From IMG/VR virus record IMGVR_UViG_3300037067_012889, positions 192,001 through 256,000 of that record: a stretch of DNA of 64,000 bases, one strand, 5' to 3'. Each line of letters begins with the position of its first letter. Position 1 is the first letter of the stretch. Origin of the DNA: a virus (lineage: Duplodnaviria; Caudoviricetes). Positions 47,286 through 56,751 of the stretch are shown here, piece by piece. Made by a program: the position numbers and the translations under genes. The notes beneath the pieces are model-generated. The model was not told the origin of the DNA. It saw only the letters and a program-made list of their open reading frames with translations, and searched no databases.

Positions 47286-48200
47286 TCACTTCGGATAATG
47301 TTCCACAGACTCATATAACAAGGCCGTAGGGTCGATAAGACCAAACCCACTGATGATATTCTTACCAGTCTGGCCAATACTTATTGTCGATTGAGATAAC
47401 AAACTGACTATCTCGTCTCTGGTCAACACAGATCTGCCATCTTTTTTACGTTCTGAAGCTATAAGAGCTATAATACCAGCGACAAAAGGACATGCCATAC
47501 TTGTCCCACTTAGCATTGCCATATTATTTGGTGGCCAGCACGATATGATTTGATCTCCTGGTGCTACTATATCGACACGATCACCACGAGACGAATAATT
47601 TGGGACATGTCTATTACGATCAATAGCACCAACACCAATCGTTTCAAGATATCTGGCAGGATAATTAACAGAATCTAATGCCGGTCCATTATTACCAGCA
47701 GCGCAAACAATGCATGCCTTTTTAGAAACTGCAATAATGGTGTTATGAAGTATGTCTGTCGACATCTTTGTACCAGCACTTATTGAAATGACATCGGCAC
47801 CGTTCGTCATCGCCCACCCAAGACCATTTATTACTGCTTGATCTTGGCATAAATTATTATCGGCCACAACTTTACATATCATCAATTGGCATTCAGGTGC
47901 AACACCAACCACACCAAATTTATTACTGCGTGCGCCAATAATACCAGCACAGTGGGTACCATGCCCGATTTTATCTTCAATGCCATTTGTGCTTCCTGTA
48001 AAGTCAATACCCTGAACTACAGCACCAATAAGATCTTGGTGATGTTGTGCTATTCCAGTATCTAGAATAGCTACTTTTATACCTTGGCCCTTCGTTATTT
48101 TCCAAAGATCTGGGATACCTTCACATATCAAACCCCAGTTCACAGTCTCTGAGAGTGTTCTGTCTACGACGAATGGAGGTATATTAAAGGTATCTTGCAT
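47286..48200 (-). CDS. subtilisin-like S8 serine protease
   Basis: ILDTG, GHGTHCAG, AAGN and SGTSMACP catalytic motifs. Confidence 0.95.
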   Translation of the reverse strand: MQDTFNIPPFVVDRTLSETVNWGLICEGIPDLWKITKGQGIKVAILDTGIAQHHQDLIGAVVQGIDFTGSTNGIEDKIGHGTHCAGIIGARSNKFGVVGVAPECQLMICKVVADNNLCQDQAVINGLGWAMTNGADVISISAGTKMSTDILHNTIIAVSKKACIVCAAGNNGPALDSVNYPARYLETIGVGAIDRNRHVPNYSSRGDRVDIVAPGDQIISCWPPNNMAMLSGTSMACPFVAGIIALIASERKKDGRSVLTRDEIVSLLSQSTISIGQTGKNIISGFGLIDPTALLYESVEHYPK

Positions 48201-48225
48201 AACGCTTACCCAAGATATCTTTGTG

Positions 48226-50157
48226 CTATCTTAGTATTAGCGTATGCTTCTTATTTGCAACAGGAGGTGCAGATTCTATAGTAATTGGTAATGCGCCGAG
48301 CTGCTCTGCAAATCTCAATATCTCACCAGATACACTGATGTCTGGCGACATCTCAACATATCCAGATACCGGGGCTAACATTGTGGGATCAAGTTTAATA
48401 TGACTATTATCTGAGATATTCAAATCGGCTTGCATCGATTCTTGGAACGGAATCAAACCACCAACAATCTGTGTGGCAGCGTCATTAAGGCCAATCATCG
48501 CTAAACCGAGACTAATAACTAAATCGTCATGATTACCAGGGCCGTCTTCTGCCTCCGTTTTATTTGTATCGCGCCCCGATCGATCCTTCTTGCGAACATA
48601 AATCTGCAATTGCTTCAACAAACGGCGGCTATAAATCTTATAACCACCTTGCGGTTGCAGATAGTCTATCAACGCCTTATTTAATGTTGGTTTCGATGCT
48701 TGCCCGGTGTAGAAACCATATTCGGCAAGTTTGATGTGATTCTTTTTATTTGAGGCCGATGGCTTATCGTTTATATCTTTCTTACGCCACAAATTTGGAT
48801 ACATAAGATCATATCGCATATCATCTATAAAAGCATCACCACCATTATTGCGCTCGATAACCATCAAAGCATTATTGTACCAGCGACCAATATAATCTGC
48901 TAAAAGCTTGAAATGCTTCGGCAGAGTTCGTATCATCATCTCGGCCACTTGTTCTTGGGCATCTATATCAAGAACTTGTAAACCGAAGTAATCACGCCCC
49001 TTACCGGTCGCTATATCGATTCCTATTGAATATCGATGTGGCTGTTCACCCGGATCTATAAGACGCCTACCCTGATATGTGGGCCGAGTACCATGTACTG
49101 GTTTTTTCCATATCCATAAGCCCTCATCTTTATCCAACTCACGTTTGTTCCCGTTAAAATCAAGCATTAAATGCTCATTTTTAACGGGATGCACATATGT
49201 CTGTGCTCCCTTGACACGCTTATATGCGTCATTAACTGTTGTTGAGAAGTAGGCCAAAACTTTGAGATCGAGGATCGTATCGCCAGATCCGACAAATTCA
49301 GCTAATATTTCTTGTCTGAACTTCCATGTCTCACCGCGCTCTTGAAGACCACGATATTGTTCTTCCAACCACGGAGACCATTTTGGACCATATTTTTCTA
49401 TCTCTTCGGGAGTTACGCAGTCGCGAATACCGGCAGTTGGCGATATAATCTTCAATTCACCAGTCATATCATCGCGATAGCGGATCTCCCAATCCATATC
49501 CCACCAATCAATATTGATTGGATGAAAGTCATTAAATCCGGCAACTGCGTCCGTCCATGTGCCCCAATACCAACCACCAACACCGGATGTCGTCGAGACT
49601 ACTATAACACTACCACCATGTATCAACGTAGGTTGACCAGCTGCCCACATCACACCCATATTTGGAATAAACGCAGCTTCATCGATAATATTCAATGACG
49701 AAGCATTGGACCGCAATACGTCTGGGTTTGAAGTCAGCGATCTAATACGAGATCCGTTCGGAAATTGTACTTCGTGTTCATTCTCTTTTACCGGCTTCCA
49801 GGCATCTTGCATCCATTGAGGCAAATACCTAAATAAGAAGATTATGTTCTCACGAAGAAAATTGATAGCATCCTCGTCAGTACGAGATACTATCAATATA
49901 GTCTTATTTGAAAAGAATAATGCAAACCATAACGCAAAAGCACCAGCTATTTTACTAGCACCGGTTTGTCGCGATTTTTTGAAAATATTGAACCGATATT
50001 TGCGAAAAGCATGCAATGCCTTAATTTGATATTTAAAAGGATCAAACGGCAATATGCCAGCTGTTGGATGCTTCGTTTTGCCAAAATTCTTAAGAAAGAA
50101 TATAGTCGATTTTTGGCATCGGCGCACAACTGCAGCTTGTGTTGCTGTCAAACCCAT
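48226..50157 (-). CDS. terminase large subunit (gp17-like)
   Basis: KSRQTGAS, IIDEAAF, VSTTSG, IGIDIATG, IERNN and HDDLV motifs. Confidence 0.95.
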   Translation of the reverse strand: MGLTATQAAVVRRCQKSTIFFLKNFGKTKHPTAGILPFDPFKYQIKALHAFRKYRFNIFKKSRQTGASKIAGAFALWFALFFSNKTILIVSRTDEDAINFLRENIIFLFRYLPQWMQDAWKPVKENEHEVQFPNGSRIRSLTSNPDVLRSNASSLNIIDEAAFIPNMGVMWAAGQPTLIHGGSVIVVSTTSGVGGWYWGTWTDAVAGFNDFHPINIDWWDMDWEIRYRDDMTGELKIISPTAGIRDCVTPEEIEKYGPKWSPWLEEQYRGLQERGETWKFRQEILAEFVGSGDTILDLKVLAYFSTTVNDAYKRVKGAQTYVHPVKNEHLMLDFNGNKRELDKDEGLWIWKKPVHGTRPTYQGRRLIDPGEQPHRYSIGIDIATGKGRDYFGLQVLDIDAQEQVAEMMIRTLPKHFKLLADYIGRWYNNALMVIERNNGGDAFIDDMRYDLMYPNLWRKKDINDKPSASNKKNHIKLAEYGFYTGQASKPTLNKALIDYLQPQGGYKIYSRRLLKQLQIYVRKKDRSGRDTNKTEAEDGPGNHDDLVISLGLAMIGLNDAATQIVGGLIPFQESMQADLNISDNSHIKLDPTMLAPVSGYVEMSPDISVSGEILRFAEQLGALPITIESAPPVANKKHTLILR

Positions 50158-50726
50158 TATTCATCGCCCGCTGCTGGCTGATCTAGTATCTTCTGTAATT
50201 CAATATCAGTACCAGTTATTGATATGTTGTTTTGTGTATTGCTACCAGTACTTTTAGTAGCAGATAACAGTTTAGAGCGTGAATCTAACAACTTTACTGC
50301 ATGTCCATTCGTGTCAGCGAGAACAGCAAGTGCTTTGACCAATGACATAGTGTCCGTTTCTGCATCGGCATTATTTCTCACTCGTGCTAATAATATGTCG
50401 ATCACAGTATCGATTCTTTTGCGATCGCTCTTTAGATTAGCTTGAACCTCTGTATAATCTTTATCGAATTTGTCGGCTATTATCTTAAGATCGGATAATA
50501 CCATTGGCGTCGATTCTATTGGAAGAAGATCTGGTTCATCTTCTTCCATATCAATCTTCGCATCACTCATTTCCAGATCTGGAATAACGATATCGGTCGA
50601 TGAATTTTCCACTATATCTGGTGGTAGATCTTCAGATATATTCTCTACAACCGAATCTTCTTGCTCTAAATCGCTTAATAGAGACTGTAGCTCGTCATCC
50701 ATACCTTGTACAGCGTCGTCGCTCAT
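50157..50726 (-). CDS. hypothetical protein, possible terminase small subunit
   Basis: Helical protein immediately upstream of terL. Confidence 0.55.
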   Translation of the reverse strand: MSDDAVQGMDDELQSLLSDLEQEDSVVENISEDLPPDIVENSSTDIVIPDLEMSDAKIDMEEDEPDLLPIESTPMVLSDLKIIADKFDKDYTEVQANLKSDRKRIDTVIDILLARVRNNADAETDTMSLVKALAVLADTNGHAVKLLDSRSKLLSATKSTGSNTQNNISITGTDIELQKILDQPAAGDE

Positions 50727-51760
50727 TAATTCCCTCGTAAATGCTTAATAAGATTCAACAACCATTCAGAATCGTATTGATTAGGTCTCTGCGATAACCT
50801 TGTTGCTATCCTACATAACGATCCAAGATCAGTCATGCCATTTAATGCATCCTTGCATTCAGATAATAATTTTCCATTATTATTGCACAAAAATTCGATA
50901 GCTTCTCGAAATTGCTCTGGGTGTGCCTTATTATGCTTAATCTGCTTCTGAAGCGAACGTCTACCACGTGATGTGGTAGTTGGATCATTGTGGTCTGCTG
51001 GCTCGTGATCTGTCTTATCATCTACTTTTCTACCAGGACTTGAAATTCGTGGTTCTACTTTCTTTGGTCGTAATTGCCGCTGAACACGCTTATTGATACT
51101 GGTTGGACTGGTTTCAGCGATAAATCGATTGAAATCATCAGCAGTTATAGTTTTCTCATCGATCATTCGAAGTATGTTCTTGACTGATTCACTAACAGGT
51201 GCCGGGGACCACCAGCCACCACCACGTTGTTCAAGTTCTCTTTCAGTCAGAGAAAATTCATTCGCGCCTTCCCAGGCAGTCATTGCGGCCTTCAATAGGT
51301 ATTCATCCCCAACAACTCTATTCAGTGTCTCATCTTGTTGCCAGTTAGCACTGTGTGTCTTGCCGTTATAAATAACCAATATTGACCCACTGACATCGTC
51401 CGGATTTTCTGTTATCGACACCCTGATTGGCTTTGTCTCAGTACTTTCACTTACCGATTTCTCGTCTTTCTTAATCTCTTTTCTGACTTCCTTCTCACCC
51501 TCTTTATAATGTTCAGTCTCATCTGGGGCGAGTTCGTGAAGTATTTTTAGAAATTCGCCAGCATGTACACGCTCTTCGTCAGTCACACTAGTCAGTACCT
51601 TTCTCACAAGCTCGTTATCTGTCGCTTCCACAATTTGCATATACATCTGTGCCGCCTCATATTCTGCGGCTATAACAAACCTAATAGCTCGAATAAGTTC
51701 CTCGGCAGTCAATTTCCTACCATTCAAAGGCTCCGAAAATGGCGATGCGAAGTTTGGCAT
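50726..51760 (-). CDS. ferritin/rubrerythrin-like N-terminal domain fused to an unknown domain
   Basis: ELIRAIRF.IAAEYEA.QMY...DEERVHAGEF. Confidence 0.75.
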   Translation of the reverse strand: MPNFASPFSEPLNGRKLTAEELIRAIRFVIAAEYEAAQMYMQIVEATDNELVRKVLTSVTDEERVHAGEFLKILHELAPDETEHYKEGEKEVRKEIKKDEKSVSESTETKPIRVSITENPDDVSGSILVIYNGKTHSANWQQDETLNRVVGDEYLLKAAMTAWEGANEFSLTERELEQRGGGWWSPAPVSESVKNILRMIDEKTITADDFNRFIAETSPTSINKRVQRQLRPKKVEPRISSPGRKVDDKTDHEPADHNDPTTTSRGRRSLQKQIKHNKAHPEQFREAIEFLCNNNGKLLSECKDALNGMTDLGSLCRIATRLSQRPNQYDSEWLLNLIKHLRGN

Positions 51761-51932
51761 TATTCTTCATCCTGCACTGGAAATGTCTTTGGAAATTTAA
51801 ATGGCTTATATAATCTGTCCTTAAGATGCTCCATATCAGTATCAGTTTTCAAATCGTCTGGACTAAGATCTGGGTCGATATCAGGGCCTTGCTGGATATT
51901 TGAAGGCCGCTTTGGAAAGAAATAATCATCCA

Positions 51933-52967
51933 CTACTCTTCATCCTGACAAAGGAATTGTTTCCTCAGTTGTTTGTCATGTTCACCTTCATGACTTAATG
52001 GCGAATCTGTAAATTCATGACTCCGCAACCTTAATAATTTGATAAAACTATTGACCTGCACGCGTGACAACCCAGAATGCTCAACCAATTTACCAATTAA
52101 TCCATCATATGGTTTGTCGTCTTTCTTAATTATGTGATATAATGCCCGCACACATCTCATATGATCCGCATTATATTTGCAGATTTGAGACGCCTCTATA
52201 AAAAATCTCTTTAGACGGTCTTCGTCTACCCTGTTTGTATTACACAAATGGTCTTTATATGCCGACGCGTTTTTCCTATCGCGTCCTTCCTTTTTTACAA
52301 ATGCTAAAATCACGGTGCGGCTGACCTGCGACCACATATTAAAGACTTTAGAATTACCTCTAAATAAAATCGTCTTGGAACCGCCGAACGTGCCTTGTTT
52401 TGGTTCTACATCTGGATGGCTGCTAAGAGCAGCACCACAATATGGACATCTGGGAGGATTCTTCCTATCACGATAAATAATAGATTTTTTACTACCCGGA
52501 GGATTATATTTCGGATCAAATAATTGCTCAAACGTTATAATATTATATTCTGATTCTGCTGGGATATATAATGCTGAGCTAATTGGCCTATCGGGATTAT
52601 AGCAAGTTCTACAGTGCGGCTTGGCTCTAAATTTGTACAGTGTCCGTTCAACTTGAACCCATGCCGTTTGGACTAAATCGCCAAAAGCAGATTCCTCCTG
52701 ACCTGGATAGATCATATGCAAATTCTGTTTCCTGATAATCTGTTTTATCAGTTCAGGTGCATGCGTCATTATCGAATCACGAATAGCGACATCTGTACAG
52801 TTGGTCCAGATATATCGACGCAGCTTGTCTTCTACACACTCATTGATGAAATAATGTTTCTTCGACAATAATCCCGGATCATCTGGAAGGACCTCTTCTG
52901 TGTCGTCTTCTGGTATTTCTGATAGCTCTTCTAAATCAGTCGCATCTAAATCGTCTTCAATCAACAT
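51933..52967 (-). CDS. sigma-factor-like protein (possible late sigma) with Zn-ribbon insertion
   Basis: HYF N-terminus, GDLVQTAW....LYKF ... SKVFNMWSQVSR..IL (region 2-like) and C-terminal HTH-like segment. Confidence 0.55.
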   Translation of the reverse strand: MLIEDDLDATDLEELSEIPEDDTEEVLPDDPGLLSKKHYFINECVEDKLRRYIWTNCTDVAIRDSIMTHAPELIKQIIRKQNLHMIYPGQEESAFGDLVQTAWVQVERTLYKFRAKPHCRTCYNPDRPISSALYIPAESEYNIITFEQLFDPKYNPPGSKKSIIYRDRKNPPRCPYCGAALSSHPDVEPKQGTFGGSKTILFRGNSKVFNMWSQVSRTVILAFVKKEGRDRKNASAYKDHLCNTNRVDEDRLKRFFIEASQICKYNADHMRCVRALYHIIKKDDKPYDGLIGKLVEHSGLSRVQVNSFIKLLRLRSHEFTDSPLSHEGEHDKQLRKQFLCQDEE

Positions 52968-53033
52968 AGCTTATCCTCCGAAATTATTTACTCATAGAGG
53001 TATAGTATTTTATTGGTATTTGACTAGACACAA

Positions 53034-54671
53034 TTGAAAGTAATTATGATCGCTAAGATATTAACAAATAAAACTATCCAATTAACCAATATAACAGCAT
53101 GGGAAGAGGAGATAGTAGACAAGCGATTTAGTGCGATGCAGCCGAATGCACGCTTCATCGATTTATCTGGCGGCTCAAGCTGGGATGGTATCTATCGCAA
53201 ATACAACAGAGGCGATAAGACAATAGCTAGACCTTTTCTTGGTGAGCTTCGCGCATTATGCAAAGACAAGGACTTAGTCTTGGTAGTTGAGGACAAAAGA
53301 AAAAGGTCAAAATATAAGCCAATAGATAAATCTTTAATCACCGAAGATTTCTTGCCCGGTATTAAATTAAAACCATTCCAGATCGACGCTATCAAGACGA
53401 TATATAATGCAGAAGTAGGAATTATTAATGTTTCGATGGGTGGTGGCAAAGGCGAATTAATTGCCGGTATGTGCAAAGCACTGCCATGCCCGACAGCCAT
53501 CATCGCAGAACAAATACAAGTCATAGATCAGCTAAAGTCGCGGCTGAAATTGCGCGACGTCTGTAGCGAACCTGGATTATTCTACGCTGGCAAAATGCCA
53601 GCTGGTGAATTAATTATTATTGGCTCAATACAATCGCTTGTCAAGCCAAAGAAACGTCCAGAAAAGCCATTATTAGAGAATTTCAAAAACAGCAAATCTG
53701 GAACTGCTGAAAAGAAATTCGAACACGCACTGGCCAACTATGAAATAAAAATCAAGGCATTCCGAAGTAGGACAAAGAAGGCCGAAGCATTACATAAACT
53801 AATTGGCGCATGTGAAATGATTATCGTCGATGAAGCAGATCTTGCAACATCAACAACATATAAGCACCTATTTAGGTACTGGTTCAAAGGCCGAAGACGT
53901 TATGGGATGACTGGTACTCCATATGATGAAGACAAGCCAGTTGAAAAACTCGTCCTACAAGAACACTTTGGATCTGTAATCTATACACAAAACAGAGAAG
54001 ATGTAGAAAAGGTCGGATTAACAGTACCAGTATCATATTATGCATTAGCATATGGAGAGGATGGTCATAAAGATGAAGCCTCTGCTTTTGATATAGCCAT
54101 CGATGAAATGATGGTACATAGCGAGAAATTTCACAAATTCATCGCAGCGTTATGTAAACGATTCACAGACGAGGGAACACTAATTCTGGTCGAGCGAGAT
54201 GATCTAGGATATGCATTACAAAAGCTTATACCAGATTCCGATTTTATTCACGGCAAGACAACACGGAAGAGAAGACCAGAAATCTTGAAGGCTTTCGAAG
54301 ATCGAAAGCTAAAGGTCTTGATAGGTGGGAAAAACGTCAGGCGTGGCATGGATTTGAAGGGCGGTTGTGAGAATTTAATACTGGCTACTGGTGGCAAACT
54401 TAGTTCAGAGTTTAAGCAGCGAGTAGGTCGCGCCGCCAGATTAAATCAGAAAGGTAGTGCAAGGGTATTCGATATTTATTTTCTATGCAACAAATATCTT
54501 TACGCACACTCGCGCAAGCGAGTCAAGGCAGCAGTAGCAGCTGGCTATGTTTCGAAGGTCATATTTAAAGATGGTAGTGTGGATGGTGAGAAATTCGTGA
54601 AATCTAGATTTCGCAAGCCAAAGCCTAAACTAAAGACGAAAGATTTGCCTGGACAAAAGAAGTTATTCTAA
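53034..54671 (+). CDS. uvsW: UvsW-like SF2 DNA helicase
   Basis: LKPFQ, MGGGKG, IVDEAD, GMTGT and QRVGRAAR motifs. Confidence 0.85.
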   Translation: MKVIMIAKILTNKTIQLTNITAWEEEIVDKRFSAMQPNARFIDLSGGSSWDGIYRKYNRGDKTIARPFLGELRALCKDKDLVLVVEDKRKRSKYKPIDKSLITEDFLPGIKLKPFQIDAIKTIYNAEVGIINVSMGGGKGELIAGMCKALPCPTAIIAEQIQVIDQLKSRLKLRDVCSEPGLFYAGKMPAGELIIIGSIQSLVKPKKRPEKPLLENFKNSKSGTAEKKFEHALANYEIKIKAFRSRTKKAEALHKLIGACEMIIVDEADLATSTTYKHLFRYWFKGRRRYGMTGTPYDEDKPVEKLVLQEHFGSVIYTQNREDVEKVGLTVPVSYYALAYGEDGHKDEASAFDIAIDEMMVHSEKFHKFIAALCKRFTDEGTLILVERDDLGYALQKLIPDSDFIHGKTTRKRRPEILKAFEDRKLKVLIGGKNVRRGMDLKGGCENLILATGGKLSSEFKQRVGRAARLNQKGSARVFDIYFLCNKYLYAHSRKRVKAAVAAGYVSKVIFKDGSVDGEKFVKSRFRKPKPKLKTKDLPGQKKLF

Positions 54672-56230
54672 TGACTAGAAAGCAGATCTTAAATTCATTA
54701 CAATACTTAGACAATATCGATTGGCTTGAAACCAAGAAAAGATTTGGCTATGTAGAGTCGACAAAACTATCCAATAAGCGTGTTGTTTATAAATGTCCGT
54801 CTTGCAGTAGATTATTCGAAATAACCTATAAAGAAATCAAACGCAAGAGCCAGCCAGGATGCAAAGAATGCGCATTAGCTGCAGTAAGACAGCAAATTAA
54901 CGAATCTATCAAAGCCAATTATATTGAACATCCAGAGCTAATACAACAGATAGCCACACGTGCTAAAAGAGATTGGGATGGTGTAAAAACAAAAGTCGCG
55001 GAAGGCGTGAAGCGTATTTGGCAAAGACCAGATTTTGTTGAAAAGAAGAGACAAGAGTGTATATCTAGAAATAAGATAATCTGGTCAGAAGAAAACAGAG
55101 CAACGACAATTCAAAAAATACGCGACGCCTTTACACCAGAGCAACTGTTAAAATCATCTGATAATTCTCTTGCTAATTGGCGCGATCCATCTTACGCTCA
55201 AAAAATCGCTGATTATTGGGATGACTCTAATCGTCAAAAAACGTCGCAAGCATCTAAGAAGATGTGGATGCGTGCCGGACATAGAGACAAAATGGCAGTC
55301 ATTCGCATCACCCAGCCTCGCACATCTTCTATTCAAGAAATATTATATTCTATTTTAGACGATCTGGGTATCCAATACTACAGAGAATACAGCAATAAGC
55401 CAGCAGACAAAGAGTGTCTTGTAGGACCATACACATTTGATTGTGTTATTCCTAGAGGAAATAAGACAACATTATTAATAGAATGCCAGGGAAACTATTG
55501 GCATTCTATTAGCGGAAGGTGCGTACGTGATGAGCAGAAAGCTTCATACATATCAAATAACTTATCCGCACAATATGAATTAAAGTGCTTATGGGAACAC
55601 GAGTTTTCATGCAAAGACAAGATAATCGAGACTCTGAAATATTGGCTCGGAATATCTGCTATAGAGCAAATTGATTTCAACTTCAACGACATATCGATTA
55701 AGCTCGCTCCGCCCGCAGACTATAAGCCTTTACTTGGAAAATATCATTACCTTCCAAACGCAGGTCGTGGTGGCATTGCTTATGGTGCTTATCTTAAAAA
55801 TGAGCTTATTGCGGTTTGTGTGTTTTCACCATTAATCAGACAAAATATTTCAATCCAAGATTATGCAAAAAACGAAGTAAGAGAATTGTCGCGCCTCTGT
55901 CTCCATCCAAAATATCGCAAAAAGAATTTTTTATCGTGGTTTGTTTCATCTTGTTTGAGATTACTGGATAAGAAATATCGATGCATTATTTCTTATTGCG
56001 ACACGACATATAACCACACTGGCGCAATCTATAAGGCGTGCAACTTCATATTAGATAGTGAGGTGCCGCCAGATTATTGGTATGTCTCAACTGATGGATG
56101 GATTATGCATAAGAGAACATTATATGGGCACGCGATAAAGATGTCTATGACTGAATCTCAATATGCAGAACTAAACAACTATCACAGAGTATATGGTGAG
56201 AAGAAATTAAGATTCATATATAGTCGCTAA
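54671..56230 (+). CDS. second Hef-like endonuclease with Mom-like GNAT domain
   Basis: Paralog of 45871-47259 (TSSIQEILY, LIECQGNYWH, RELSRLCLHP, GAIYKACNF). Confidence 0.75.
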   Translation: MTRKQILNSLQYLDNIDWLETKKRFGYVESTKLSNKRVVYKCPSCSRLFEITYKEIKRKSQPGCKECALAAVRQQINESIKANYIEHPELIQQIATRAKRDWDGVKTKVAEGVKRIWQRPDFVEKKRQECISRNKIIWSEENRATTIQKIRDAFTPEQLLKSSDNSLANWRDPSYAQKIADYWDDSNRQKTSQASKKMWMRAGHRDKMAVIRITQPRTSSIQEILYSILDDLGIQYYREYSNKPADKECLVGPYTFDCVIPRGNKTTLLIECQGNYWHSISGRCVRDEQKASYISNNLSAQYELKCLWEHEFSCKDKIIETLKYWLGISAIEQIDFNFNDISIKLAPPADYKPLLGKYHYLPNAGRGGIAYGAYLKNELIAVCVFSPLIRQNISIQDYAKNEVRELSRLCLHPKYRKKNFLSWFVSSCLRLLDKKYRCIISYCDTTYNHTGAIYKACNFILDSEVPPDYWYVSTDGWIMHKRTLYGHAIKMSMTESQYAELNNYHRVYGEKKLRFIYSR

Positions 56231-56315
56231 AAGACAATTCTAAATTAAGAAATGTAATGGCTCGCGCTATAAAAGATTGATAGGCTGGCGACTTTATTAC
56301 TTTGGAGGGATATAG

Positions 56316-56534
56316 ATGTTAGTTAAGACACTGCAAGACGAGAACAATCTAAAGACGATGGATGATGTTATGGCGTTCTGCATTAAACGAGGTGCCACAG
56401 AAATCATTTTTGAAAAGCGTGATGGTGAGTGGCGTATCGATGTCAACTATTGCCCTAATCCGAACGCCACACACCAAAAATATTATGATGTCGATTTGCG
56501 TCCCCGATGTGCTAAGAATCAGAATAATGGATAG
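56316..56534 (+). CDS. hypothetical protein
   Basis: GGAGG RBS. Confidence 0.55.
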   Translation: MLVKTLQDENNLKTMDDVMAFCIKRGATEIIFEKRDGEWRIDVNYCPNPNATHQKYYDVDLRPRCAKNQNNG

Positions 56535-56727
56535 CTCGTCTAGGTTTCGGCGGTACATACAGTTTTAAACAAGCTACATTGTAGTTTTCTGTATGTTTTC
56601 CATCTGTATCGCTATATATGCATGTAGCTGTTTCGCCATCTTCAGTAAAACTTTCTATCATCATTCTGCGGCTGCCAGATTTAAGAACAACAACATCACC
56701 GACCTCTAATTTTCTTTCTTCAGACAT
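56512..56727 (-). CDS. DUF2158 (YodC-like) protein
   Basis: VGDVVVLKSG...M.I......C. Confidence 0.75.
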   Translation of the reverse strand: MSEERKLEVGDVVVLKSGSRRMMIESFTEDGETATCIYSDTDGKHTENYNVACLKLYVPPKPRRAIHYSDS

Positions 56728-56751
56728 TTCAATTTCTCACTTTCTCGTCAT

